Positions 29,705 to 43,513 of a DNA stretch of 64,000 nt are shown one piece after another. The number at the start of each line of letters is the position of its first letter. The stretch's first letter is position 1. The position numbers and the translations under genes were made by a program. The notes below the pieces were generated by a model. That model was not told where the DNA came from and made no database searches. It saw only the letters and a program-made list of their open reading frames with translations. Source of the stretch: Octopus vulgaris (lineage: Eukaryota); the NCBI GenBank assembly GCA_951406725.2, contig OX597815.1, forward strand, positions 201,748,001 to 201,812,000. The letters run 5' to 3'.

Positions 29705-32700
29705 TACGTATGCGTAATTAATACTACTGATTGTATTACTTAATTTACAACGATAAAAAAGCAGAAAAGAGTATGAAACTATACGTAAAGCTCAAAGGTA
29801 ACAGTGGCAGTCGAGTATCTATTTGTAGACACAGTTTCTACTATAGATTTAAATCAGCAATTTCATTAAATTGCTGAAAACAGTTTGCACCCAATACATG
29901 GATCATCGACCTCGTACTAGGAAACACAGGACTATAACATGTGTGTAATAATATATATAATGTTACGTTCGAATGCCCCATTAAATACATACATATGGCA
30001 TATATTCGCACATCCACACTCATACTTACACCCATACTCACTCCATGCACTCCATTATTTCTCTGTATATTTACATATGTACATATGTGTATCTTTCTAT
30101 CTATCTATTTAGTTATCTTTCTCTCTGTATATATATATATATATGCGTGTGTGTGTGTGTGTATACACACACACATATCCATCTCTCTCTCACTCGATAT
30201 ATACGCGTCTTTGTGCGCGCGTGTGTATGTGTGTGTGTGTGTGCGCGCTTGTGTGCGTGCGTAAATACTTGTAAGCATGTATGTTTGTTTCTGAAATACA
30301 TTTCTAATTCACGTAGTAATTCGTAACGAAATACTAGAAGTGGGTTGCACATACATGTAAATTACTAATTTCTTTGAAATATATACCTGCGAAGAGGAAA
30401 TAATTTCAATCCCAAAGAGTAATTACTATCACCACATGTGAAAGGGGCTACTAATTTGGAAATAATTTATATTATCGCGAGGATAAATTTAATGTTGATT
30501 GAAGAATTTATTCAGTATGATATTTGTATTCTGAACACATAATACCTGTGCATTTGCAATACATTTGTCGATCACCTCATTAACGCTTCTCTACTAAACA
30601 ATATTCTAGTGTGTGCGTGGAAAATGTTCGCTTGAAATATTGCATTTTACACATCATATAACCTCTCGTAAAATACCCATATGCCCAAATACACAGATAT
30701 GATTACTTGTGAATGTTCACACTTCGCGACAATTGATGATAATGAATTATTTTGTGAACTCTCCCATGGTTTAATTGTTATCGAGGAAGATTATCACCAG
30801 TGTCACTGGATTAAAAAATTAATCAATAATGTGAATTGGAATTGTAACAAGCTTCGTGTTTCACACTGTCAAGAACAGATATTTAAATATCTAGACTAAA
30901 ATACGTAAAATTCATGTGAAGCTAACGTTATTGTTACAACAGTGGAATGTATGATGAGAAGTGATATCAGGATCTAGTCAATTCTTGGGCTTATTATTTT
31001 TTGCTCAAATTTAGCAATGGCCATTCTGGCATATACGTACAGGCAGATATTGAAGGCGAGCACACTAGTTTCGCAAAAATAGGATTTAATTTCGGTCATA
31101 TTATAAAATACATTACGAACTTGTTCTCTACTCAACCTAGGACGTGACTAATGCTTCTTCCCGCACAATTCAGTTATGGAAGCTATACTGAATACTGTTC
31201 AAAGTGTCAATCTTGTTCTTGGGGGTGCAGAATCCGTCATCTTGCTTATCACTACCAAGTGACTCAGGATTATTTTTGCGGAGTTTGCATTGCTACAAGT
31301 CAAGAAACTCACGAAAAGTTTCATGAATGCCACTCCGTTTCCTTTGACTAAAACGTTAGTAAACGCATACATGAAAATAGAGTCATACTAGTCCAATCTG
31401 TACTGCATAATCATAATATACTATCTGAAATTCATGGAATATGTAATGTCAAAGCATCTTAATTGAACTATTATTGCTCGGATTTGGTCAAAATTTTCAT
31501 AAATCAGAACGAAGTATTACAAAAGTCAATCTTGCTTGAAATTTACTCTTTGATCATCTGAGTTTGCGGTTGTAAGCTACCAACATATTGAAAGTTGTTT
31601 CCGTGCGCGACACATTCACTTTAAGCCAATCTCCAAAAATAATTAATATCTAAGGCATCAAATAGAAACATTCAGTAAAATGTTCGTCGAAATTTTATGA
31701 TAAACTCCATTTTCGTATAGGAAAACCTTGCCAATACGAATAACAGTATTTGCACTGGATATTAAGATAGCTAGTTACACGATTTGGCTAGGTCTTAATT
31801 GTATTATTTCATCTAAAAGACTTGAAACTGAAAATGTCCTTCTTTAGGGGATTGATTAACACATTCCGAACTTACACAAATGCCAGTAGTTTTTCAACTT
31901 GGCGCGAGAGCAAAATCGTTCATTTCTGAAAATTAAACTCATGGTGGTCTGAGTCAGTGACCAACATCTAATTTAAATCTTACATTAGAATTACTTTATA
32001 TCACATATTAATAGTATTAGGAATGATAGAAATGCAATAAGCATAAATTTTTATCTTCGATAGAGTATTCGTCAGTTGTGCATATTTTCATTGCGTTATT
32101 ACTATTGTAAAACTTTGGATAATGCGTGTTGTCACAGTTCGTGCATAATTTAAGAGAAAGCAAGCTTTTACAAATCAACACATTTATGTTACTGGTTCGT
32201 GTTGAGATGTAAAATGTATTTCTTCTATCACATTATCTATTTTTGAATCTCGTACAATCACCCCGTCCAGAATAAAATCATAAAATTAATATTTTAATCG
32301 CAGAATATTTTCCTATAAAACATTCAAAAGTTAATATGTATCTCTAACATTAGACATTGTATCATACAAAACCACGCATTTATTAATGTATGTAATGATG
32401 CCAAAATTAATTTTGAGTTACAACGTTATAAACTGCGCATAGTTAAAAACTTTCTGGTTCATCTGACTTGGTCCAACATTCACTGGATATCAAATATTTT
32501 TTTCTTTTTCTTTTGCATGCAAGTTCTGTGTTATCCTGCTGAAGACCTTAAAAACTTAGAACATATTTAAGCATCTGTATATATATTTCAGCAAACGAGA
32601 ATATCAATATATTTCCTGCTTTCATTTACGGTCAATAATGACACATAAAACACCAGATGTGACTTTTAATAATATTTTATGGTTTTCTAAAAATTAGATT

Positions 32701-33178
32701 GCATTTCTCAGTCATAAGAAGTTTGTTTAGATTTATGCGATAATAATTAAACAAGCTTTCGTACAGTTACCCCAAGGACATATTCTTACGGACGTTTTCT
32801 CATATGGGACATGTGTACATCAATGATATAGAGGAAATATGCAAAATAAAAATTATATTTCGTTCACACACTAATTATTAAAAAACTGTACAGTATTATG
32901 TCTTCCTCAGTTAGCACTGTGAAACAGGCATTACACATTTTTAGTTTTATTGATAATGTTGTTTTTGTTACTTTGAAATATCTATCACGACTGTTGGTTA
33001 TCTCAAGATCCTTACTATTGGTGGAAATAAACCGAGGGCATTTCCTTTATGATCACCGCGTTTCATACTTTAAATGATATTTAAAATTATCTTATATTAT
33101 ATGCAGGTGGAGTACAAACAAGGCAGGTGCAGTACAAACAAACAAATGTATTAGTATAGCGCTCAGGAATAGAACAGG

Positions 33179-33216
33179 TCTTTTACGTTTCGAGCCTACG
33201 CTCTTCGACAGAAAGA
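33179..33216 (-). ncRNA. Minimal type-I hammerhead ribozyme motif (A6U variant)
   Basis: The motif is UCUUU-CUGUCGA-A-GAGC-GUAG-GCUC-GAAAC-GUA^-AAAGA. It has a 5-bp stem I, a 4-bp stem II and a palindromic ACGU stem III. Confidence 0.75.
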
Positions 33217-33859
33217 TACACAGAAAAAAAACAAGGAGAGAAACAAGGAGAGAAAAACATATGTTATATGGTATGTTCCAGTAATCGATATTTGATGGAG
33301 ATTTAGCTGCTCTATGTAGAAAATCCAACGGTATTTTCATGCTTAGGCAATTTATGTGTTTTCAGAATGTTGTTCCTTTTTGAATCCCTAGTGAGCATAG
33401 GTAGATTTTGTGCAATAGTTTTGTATGCCTCATTGTTTCTAGGGTTATGGGTTGGTATATACGGTAGCATTTTAAAATGAGTTGTGGTGTTACATTTGGT
33501 TTCTCTTAGTGTTTTAATGTCTAATTTCTTGGCACGCTTAATTCTATCATCTATAAATTAGGGGGATATCGTTCCTCAGTTAGTGCTGTTCTGAGGCCTT
33601 AAAGACAGAGGTCTCGAGTATTGCCATCAGACACAATTGTGCAATTCATTTTCGCTAAATTAAAGGGGATATTTCTTTGGATGTGTTTCAGGTAGCATGA
33701 TTTAAATAGATGTTATTGCTTCGAGTCCGTTGGCTTATGATACATGCCACTTACAATGTGGTTGTTGAATCTTTTTTATCGTAATATCTAAGAAAAGGAG
33801 CTGTTCTTTTCTATATTCCATTCTAAATTGATTGTTAGAGTTTATATTATTTAGTTCTA

Positions 33860-33927
<68 letters not shown>

Positions 33928-34015
33928 GGAAAGTTTACGAAAATAAACAAAAGACGAAGGCAGGTGGAGTACAAACAAACAAACGTATTAGTATAGCGCT
34001 CAGGAATAGAAAAAG

Positions 34016-34053
34016 TCTTTTACGTTTCGAGCCTATGCTCTGCGACAGAAAGA
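34016..34053 (-). ncRNA. Second copy of the hammerhead motif (A6U, A9C)
   Basis: UCUUU-CUGUCGC-A-GAGC-AUAG-GCUC-GAAAC-GUA^-AAAGA. Confidence 0.6.
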
Positions 34054-35480
34054 TACACAGAAAAAAAACGAGGAGAGAAAAATGCGTGTAGTAGCTAACG
34101 ATCTATCATGGTATCCTGTATATATTTATACATCAGTTTGTACAAGCAAGGAGTAATTTGGTAAAACCGAAAGTATAATGGTTGCATGTATGCCATAATT
34201 TCTGAAATGCATGCTATCAAACGCGTACTGGCAAACATATACTTCCATATTTATACGCAATATAGTTGCAACATAAAGCTGAAACATTGATGAGCATAAT
34301 AAACTATGCGTATGTATGCAGCTTGTGCTAATGTCTGTAAATATCTGTTGGTTTTATGCTTACAAATGTATATCGGTTTTGATTTTTCTGTATGTGAACT
34401 TGTATTTTACAAACTCACTTTACGTCTTATATGTCAATAGATAGGACTTCGGTATATAGCAAAATATTAGAATAGTGTTTTTCAATTACAAAAGTGATGT
34501 AAATATGTGGAGTTGTATTGGTTGTGGACAAATGTTTGAAGTTGTTTGAAAAAATAAGTATAATTCATATTTATAAAGCACAGTTGAAGTAGTGATTAAT
34601 ATATAATAAAGAAATCGAAGTGGTTGATAGCAGGGATAAAGACTGAAAATAGATCAGAGATAGTGACATAGAACGACAACCTCTTAAGTGAAATTGAGCT
34701 AGAGTCTGTGAGACATATATAGAATATGTTCGAGGCAATAATCAAGTAATGCAATATTATCATTTAGCATTATGGTGTGAGAAACCATTCCAAAAGGTGT
34801 GACAAACCATTATTTTCTTGAACAATAATTGAAACAACTTCGAGGAAAAATAATTTCGCAAAAATAGTATTCACTATAGAATCAGCTTCAGGCTATGAAT
34901 TGCAAGCTTGTTGTTAGATGTATGGTACAGTGACAATATTAAAGCGTGAACTTAAATTTAGATTGTTAGTTGACACAGTAATCTAAGTTAATTCAGCAGC
35001 TATTTCGGTTGAAGTGCCTAGTTGTGTAAGGGGTGGCTCATGCATTTTACCAATGTTTATATGACAGCATTTCCTGGTTTGACTGCAGCCAGTGTCATCT
35101 CACCTCATGTTCTCAGACACAATATTTTATTGCATGACTGTACATCACCAGTTCTATTAATTCATATCAAGACTTAAATTTAACAAATATACTTTTAGAA
35201 ATAATCTTTGCCTTATAATATTCAGCTTTTATTTTAGTAGGAAAATACTCCTTCTAAACTAGAAATATTACAGGTATTAGAATAATATGTTTAAAATTTG
35301 AAGAACAAAATTCTGCCGTCCAGGAGTTCGGGAAAATGTTGATTCTATTCTGTCATGCATTTGTGAATGTCTGTTATTTCTGAAGCGTATATGGCAATTA
35401 TATTTGAGGTAGGATCAATTAGTTTTTATCGGTTCAAGTGGCCAAACAATCGCATACAAGTAGAATATGCACAGATACCA

Positions 35481-35526
<46 letters not shown>

Positions 35527-35896
35527 CATAAGAATACTTACATATACGAACGTATACATACATATGTATGCACGTATGCACGCGACCAGTTTAAATTGCT
35601 CGCCTATAATTCCTAGTGCGATATGGTCAAAACATCACCGCAGTAAATACAATGACGAAATAAATATAAACATTTATGTAAATACGTATAAGGATAGGAA
35701 AGGATGGGGCCATTCTCATACCCATCGCAGTCCCAGCTTTTTATCGTTATAAGTTGTGTTTGAAGACGAAGAAGTTATTCTCCAAGAGGAATTTTAGAGC
35801 TTCTATTGCGAATTTTGTTTTGGTGCTGTGTGGAAGTTCATTGGTATAATACTCTAGCCAGAGAATACACCACGCACGCGCAGACACACATACATA

Positions 35897-36085
35897 TAGT
35901 TAAAATTTACAGAAAAACAAAAGAAAACAAGTGTATGAACAACATGCGCGTGTATTAGTTTGACGTTCGTGAAAGTGAGAAAGATTTTACGTTTCGAGCC
36001 TACGCCCTTCAGCAGAAAGGATTAAGAGAATACAGAAAGAGAGGGAGAATAAAAAGCAACTTGTGGATCTAGCGATTTAGCGATA
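35897..36085 (-). mobile_element. Solo PLE terminal repeat with a hammerhead motif (35983-36020, A6C)
   Basis: The motif is CCUUU-CUGCUGA-A-GGGC-GUAG-GCUC-GAAAC-GUA-AAAUC. The flanks align with 18922-19110. Confidence 0.7.
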
Positions 36086-36835
36086 TATGTAAAACGTGGG
36101 CGATGAGAATGAGAAATCTGACAATTTTCAATAATATATTCGGAATATTCGGAGTTATATTTTGGAACAAAATCTCAGCTGTCCTGTTTACATTTCTGTG
36201 AACGTACAAGATTCTGCATTTCTATTTATCTGCTAACATTGAATATAATAGTTTGACATTTCAAGCACAAATCAGTGAACTGTTATCAACGATATAAATT
36301 CAAAATATCGATGCATGCAAATATATGAATATATATATGCTCATTCCAGACAGTTTATCCTGGGTTTTAAACACATAAACATATTAGATGGTGTGAAAGA
36401 TCATCAGGAACCATAGAATTAAAGTTTAACGAATACAATTCAATTGCGTAAAACGAAATTGACTCCGCTTGCTAAAGATTTTGAAGTGATTGCACTGTGT
36501 AAGGTTTATTTGCGTAATCTATCTAACTTAGGACACTGAAACATCATTTCACTTAATGGTTATTTATATATAAATAAGAATGTGATAACAAACCTGTGGC
36601 AACGAATGCCAAATGTAATAAAATATTAAAAGTTTTGGGTAAATATTTTTCACCTGCGAAATTTATCACAGTAATATTAACGTTTGGACATTTTTCCCGT
36701 AAAGCTTTCTTCTTGGCATGACTATGTACTTACGTATTTATGTTATGTACAACGACGATTACGATATGAAAATTTTTCGGAAAAGAATAAAAAGGATATA
36801 TCCATGTACCTAGCAGATCCCACTACACCTCTGTC

Positions 36836-36907
<72 letters not shown>

Positions 36908-36935
36908 ACTATCTATCTATCTATCTATCTATCTG
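36836..36935. repeat. (TATC)n microsatellite
   Basis: Direct tetranucleotide repeat. Confidence 0.95.
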
Positions 36936-36947
36936 TCTGTCTAACTG

Positions 36948-36998
<51 letters not shown>

Positions 36999-38149
36999 AT
37001 TTACCTATCTGTATACTTATCTATCATTTTACCTATATATCTATCCATCTATCTTGCTATCTACCGATTCTTTTGTCTATCTGTGTACTTAACTATAGAA
37101 CAACCTCTCTATCTATCTGTCTACCTACACATCTATCTATCTACCTATCTATCCAGCTAGCCAGCCAGCCATCTATCCAGTCACTTGCCCATCCGTCCGT
37201 CCATATTTAACAATTTACTATGTCTACTCTTGTGAGGTCATTCTAATAGCAAATTGACCAAACACAGTAAATATTTTCCATCAACATATTGGATTGCATT
37301 TCATTTTCTTTCCTGCGTGCCCTTGAATGTTTCATGGCTGTGATTTCTATTTACCCCCATAATTAATCGCTTTGGTTTAATTAGTAAATATCTCTGTCCC
37401 AAGTTCGGGCGAATTTCCGTCGCCTGACTACAAGTATAGACGCATGAAGAAAGTTCAGGAGATGGATTTAGGCAAATGTAGTATCGGCTTTGAATGGACA
37501 CCAGAGAACCCTTTCGTTTTCTGCTGAATAGGGGCGTGGTTCCCTTGGAGAAAGCACTGAGCAAAAACTTATCGAATAATATCTTATAATATTACTTTAT
37601 TTTTCTTCACACCTCATAATTATTATATCTTGTGGTAAACTATATCAGCAGCCATACATTAAATGCACTTTAAAAAATGCTTTTCTCACACAATAATATC
37701 ATGTTTTCTTTCAAGTACTTTCCACTTTCACACAATTATTTCCCTCTATTTTGATTAGTTTTTGCTCGTATGTGTGCATTTCTACGTCTCCTTTCTTTTT
37801 CCTTAAATTTGATGCTTATATTCACTTCATCTTTCATTTTTTTCGTTTGTATATTTTTAAATGTTTTCACTGGACACATAAAATTGTGTTAACCAAAAGT
37901 GTCTATGTTGATAAATGTGTGAATATTAATATTTATAATTTTCGGAAATGTCAAAAAATGAATGATGATGTTTGTTTTGCGGTAACTTACTAATCATTCT
38001 TCCTAAGTATGATACCGCATTTTGGTACAGTATATATATTAATGCTATGCCAAAAAATATAGTATTAAATCCCTAATTACTTTTGTCGAGTTATCCTTAT
38101 TTGTAACATTAATTATTATGTCTCGCGCTCGAGACATATCTTCGCAATA

Positions 38150-39350
38150 ACCACCTTGTCCAAGCAAGATATAACCATTACAACAACCCCATTCAGAGAT
38201 GATCGCAATTGATAGCCCACAATAGACCATGGGTCAGCGGAAGGACACTCAACAGGAACAATAATTTCTCATATCAAATCACAAGAAGCCATTTTTTAGG
38301 CGAACTCGGCCAAAACTGGGACATTCTGTGGAACCAACCAAATGTGAGATCCCGAAAGTGATAAATTTCTCACAAACCAACAAATCAAAATTCTCGCAGG
38401 GGACTGAGGTTCACCCCAACACCACAAAGATCGAACCTAAAGGATATATAAAATGATATCTAGGAGTTCTGCGGAAAACTTCAAATCACTGAAGAATTTT
38501 GTTGCATAAAGAAAATAATGATCACTCTATATTTCACAATAACAGTAACTACTGACGGACAAACAGAAGAAATCAAACTCTGGATAACTTTTGTGATTTG
38601 GTTTCCACTTATCCCTACAATTTACTCCCAACTCGAAAATTTAAAGCAAATACAAGTCGAGAGGAATGGGAAATCATTAATAATCTCACTATAATTATAA
38701 AAGAATCCGATAAAGGGAGTGCTATAGTAATCATGTTCTCAGAAAAAATTCATAAACACTACCCTCTTCCTCCTTCAAGACAATGACTACTATGAAAATA
38801 TCAACAACGGCAGTGAATCCCAGATAACGAATAAACTTTCTATCTTCATCCACCAGTTCCAAACAGATTTAACAGAAAAGGAGAGAGATTACTAGACGAC
38901 ATTTGACTGCAAACCAGCAGAATTTATGGACTTCTTAAAATCCACAACTGTGAAGACATAAACGAAGCCAGTAACAAATCAACTTCTGTAGTCAGAAATA
39001 TTCCACACCCGACAAGATCTCAAAATGAGACCGATTGTGGCCGGTCCCTCCTGTGAGACAAACAGACACAGTAGCTTTATTTACGACCGCCTTAAACCTG
39101 TTCTGCAACATATACCGAGCTTTATAAATGATTATCTGAACTTTTTAAACAATCTTCCGAAAAGCACCCAGTAAGGACCCACTTCTCGTTTCATTCCATG
39201 TAATAAACTTCTACACCTCGGGTCCTCACGAATACAGAATAATAGCTATACGATATTGGCTAGAAACATTCCCAAATGACATTCCTGACCGAATCGGAAT
39301 AGAATTCATCGTTGAAGAAATAAAATCCATCCTACAGATCTACTTCTTGA
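38150..39350 (+). mobile_element. Degenerate Penelope-like element, N-terminal and RT part (related to 1-2560)
   Basis: Motifs in order are GLRFTPTP (~38400), IIIKESDKGSAIVIM (~38691), FYGLLKIHN (~38925), KMRPIVAGPSCETNR (~39022) and [13 protein letters not shown] (~39182). Confidence 0.85.
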
Positions 39351-39450
39351 ATGTCAACAAGATTTTGAAATTCAGGGTCGTGTTCAAAACAAATTTTCCT
39401 ATGTGTATATATACATACATACATACATACATATATATGTGTGTGCGTGC

Positions 39451-39504
<54 letters not shown>

Positions 39505-39516
39505 CAGGCACACACA

Positions 39517-39552
<36 letters not shown>

Positions 39553-39599
39553 TATATATATATATATATATGAATATATATGTGTATACTATATATATG

Positions 39600-39634
<35 letters not shown>

Positions 39635-39910
39635 GTATATATATATATTTGGATGCATACATACATGCCTGCATATATATAGTTATATGCGATTATATAT
39701 GTTTATATTGTTTATATTTATATAAATGTGTATGTGTTTGTATGTATGTATGTTTACATGTATTAGAGCCTGTATAATCACATATACATATATACACCCA
39801 CATATATACATACACACAAATACAAATACTCTTACACGCACACACAAGCACACATGTGCATACATGCAGTCATTACACCCATACATACATACAAACTTAT
39901 ATATATATGT

Positions 39911-39948
<38 letters not shown>

Positions 39949-40357
39949 GTGTGTGTGTGTGTGTGTGTGCGTGTATGTATATATATCAAATTCAGCTGAA
40001 GTATTCACTATTGCTGAGGATCTGAACATATTGCACATCTCTGTTTCTGCTTTTAATCGGTACAAAATAACGTTTGATTCTTAGAAAATAATGAAAAAAA
40101 ATGTTTCATATTGGTATGACTTTAAGATACAAAGTTTCCCAATATTACAATTCATCGGGAAACAAACAAAAGGGAATACATTTCTCTCTCTCTTCCTCTC
40201 TCACTTTGTCCTCTCTGCTTCTGTGTTTCTGTTTCTCTCTCTTTCTCTCTCTTTCTCTATCTCTCTCTATAACTCCCTTTCGCTCTATACACACAAACAC
40301 ACAGAAACACGCTGCACACAAAACCTAAATACAAACAAATATATATAGCTTCAACAA

Positions 40358-40942
40358 TGTGGACCTCCTGATCTTAGAGACCAATCACTTATGTGGCCTG
40401 TCCGCCGGGCTCATTCACTCCCTATGGAATGCCTATTCACACCATTGCTGCATCACGCCAAAGATGAATCTCGTCATTTACAACATGAGTTCTCTCTATT
40501 TTCCACAATGGTGCAAAATTGACGCGCAAAGAGGGTCGACGGCTTCAACAGTAGAGAGTGGAGAACGATCAGAATTATCAGAAGGTACCATCATGTTTTC
40601 CTCCAAGATAAACCCGCAGCTCGCGCACTTATAACCATCCACTGCATCCATTGGTAGATATATATGTATACTCCACCTGCAGCCAGATCGCATCAGCTTT
40701 GGGGCGAAAGAGGATGTGTGACAGGCTCCGTGACAGGCCCCGCACCGGATAGCTGGACGTGAATATGGAAAATTTTCAGAGACTCGACATCACTTTATAT
40801 CATACAGAGGAGCTCCCACGGTACCGGCCACGATGCACTGGTAGTGGCGGTGGAGTTACTGGTGGACCTGTTTCGATATATGTTCAATTAAAGACACTTC
40901 TTATTTCTAAAACTTCATGTCGTCATTGAAAACGTCTCTAAG
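40358..40942 (+). other. GC-enriched block resembling a solo LTR and ending at a canonical splice donor
   Basis: It starts with TGTGG, has higher GC than the flanks, carries attaaa near its end and has AG|GTAAGT at 40942/40943. No TSD or terminal CA was confirmed. Confidence 0.3.
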
Positions 40943-43196
40943 GTAAGTACTGTTATCGATGAGATAAACACGGATCTAGGTTTATTGAATTTCACGTAAA
41001 TCTATATTGAAGACATTCATTGTTTCGTGTTATGGGAAGTATAAGTGCGATTTGTAGTCTAGAGTCACTTTTTACAAATTGAGTACAAAAATAATATTTT
41101 CGAAAGAAATAGATAAGTAATATTTGTTGAAGATTCTGTTTAAATTCCAAGCGTCAAAATCTATCCGGACCACACTTTAACTGAATAGAAGTAGCGTTAA
41201 CAAGATTATAAAAGACGTAGTAGGTCTGTGATGAGAGTAGAATCCAATAATCTTACTGTAGTGTCAAAATACTACTTGGTAGAACGTCAAGGGCATAGTT
41301 TATTATTCAAAATACACGCGTTAAGTTTTGACATTGAAATAAGATTTCTTTCGGAACGAAAGAGAGGTGCCCGTTTCCTAGCAAATATTAAATCCTTAAT
41401 ATCCAGGGAATAGGAAATAGAAGCAGCGTAATGAGTAATAAGATGTAGAATGGGAGCGTCTGAATATAAGGTAGCTTATATTTTTCAGTTTGTGGAACAA
41501 AATGTTGACCTAATCTGTACTGCTCCAAAGGCTAAATCTTAATTTATCTCTTAATTTGATTTAATTCATCCCGAACTCTATTTTCTTTTTAAATAAAGCA
41601 CCCTGATGCTCGGTTAGATCAGCCCGAAAACTTCTATTGAAATCATCACATCTTCAAAATAAGGTAAGATCTTGGCGTTTAGCGTTTCGACATATGATAC
41701 ATACCGAGGTCTCTAACAGGTTTACCATATGTGTAATTAATTTTAAATACGCTGTTATTAGTTAATCTATATATCTTGTTCGATTTCTTTGTGATGACCT
41801 TCGTATAGGGGACCGTGAGTGGAGCGCATGAATTTCTAGGTTTCTCGGAGAACACGTGTACGCAAAACGATTTTACTGTGGAAAAATTCACATATTCTAA
41901 GGAGATTTGTTAGAGAGTTGTCGTTAGTCCTTAGAAATATTATCTGTGAAAGACAACCGTCTCTTTAAGACATTATGTGTGGTAATGACATCCTGTCGCC
42001 ATAAACTCTACAAATCCTTTTACTCTTACCACCAAAACTCGACTCAAACCGACTCAGATGTGCCTCATTGAAATGAGCGCTGTGTGACCTGTAATAAAAT
42101 GTTTTGCTTAAGGAGACAATAAGCTAACAGGACCTGAAATTGAAATCGAGATCTTGCGATTGAAAGTGAAACATACTTACAGTAGGCCACAAATCTGAAT
42201 TTACACAAAATACATAGAGATATATATTTGTGTTTATGGCTATACGTATGTATGCATATATGTATAACAAAATATATAAATATGTAAATATGACTGAACA
42301 TATGAATGGTTTTGTGTGCATGGGCAACAATTTTCATAACACATTGCAATTTATAGTTCAAAGATTCTACGTCGTGAATAAGTTTATAATTAAGTAAATT
42401 TACATTAAAAGTTCACGCAGGTACAAAAATGTTCGGTGTTCAATATATATTTAATTACTTTGTGTTTTATGAAGTTATTTCTTACATGACAAGTTCGAAT
42501 AAACATAAAATTATATGCATGCAATTTTACACATACGTCTCATATATATGACTAAGATTAATATGCATATGCAAAATAAGCATACAGCTGTTAGTCTAAA
42601 TCATAGATTATAAAATCTGTAATTATTACTTTGATACAATGATAATTATAAATTAAGAAATCATTTGAGATTCTGCTGCAAAATACGAGATCATTATCCA
42701 AAGAAAAGCAGCAACAAGTTATGTTTTATGGTGCAATTTGTATGGATGTATGCGTGGATTTGATGAAAATCTAATGCATAAAATCTTTTAACCAAGCTAC
42801 TTTACAGATTGACATATTTTCGATATTGACATATCCTCCAGGTTTTTGTATGTATATTCTAAATTGCACTTAACATAAAGTGAATTTATGTGAAAAGCTG
42901 CGCACAAGATATGCTCACGTTGCAGAAAGTAACACCCCAATACATCCATATGTAAACTATACATATGAACGAAACATGTGAAGATAATCATTCTCTCACT
43001 CCCGCACTTATTATTACGTAATCGTTTCAAAATTACTCATAAATTATTCTCATCTCATCCAACTATATTTCATGTAGAGATGTATTCAATATTGATAAAA
43101 GATATTCATGGCAGAAAATATTTGAATTAATATTTTGCTACCCAAACATGGATAAATGTCAAAGTTTTGGTAGTAACGAAGAGCAGATGAGCAGAT

Positions 43197-43278
<82 letters not shown>

Positions 43279-43460
43279 CGAATTAAAAGGGTGGCTTATT
43301 AGCAATTAGAGCCTAAATGTGAAATCACTAGAGGTCAAAAAAGTGACGGAGGGTTCTGACTAGCACCGCTTAAGCAAAAATAAGAGCTGAATTAACTCTA
43401 AAGTCACTAAAGCCCTATACTTAATGGCTGACAAAGTGCAGTATGACCTTAGTGTACATA

Positions 43461-43513
43461 GCCGTATCGCAATTTCGAATTTTGGAGTAAACCACTTTAT
43501 TCTCATCAGTGCC
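43461..43513 (-). ncRNA. Hammerhead-like motif with a canonical core (second family)
   Basis: The motif is GGCA-CUGAUGA-GAAU-(18 nt)-AUUC-GAAA-UUGCGAU-A^-CGGC. Stem III (AUUGCGAU) is near-palindromic, and only 2 of 4 pairs in stem I match. Confidence 0.5.

Larger units (their letters stand above)
33103..34110 (-). mobile_element. Penelope-like remnant: terminal repeat (33923-34110), (TA)n, RT fragment (33265-33862), terminal repeat (33103-33258)
   Basis: The RT fragment reads NNINSNNQFRMEYRKEQLLFLDITIKK..YHKPTDSKQ..HIQRNIPFNLA..CTIVSD. It is flanked by two direct copies of the same ~160-bp repeat. Confidence 0.85.

Noticed and set aside
30681-31351. Cys-rich short ORFs (30681-30899, 31151-31351)
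   Set aside because: They have no recognisable motif spacing or supporting splice structure.
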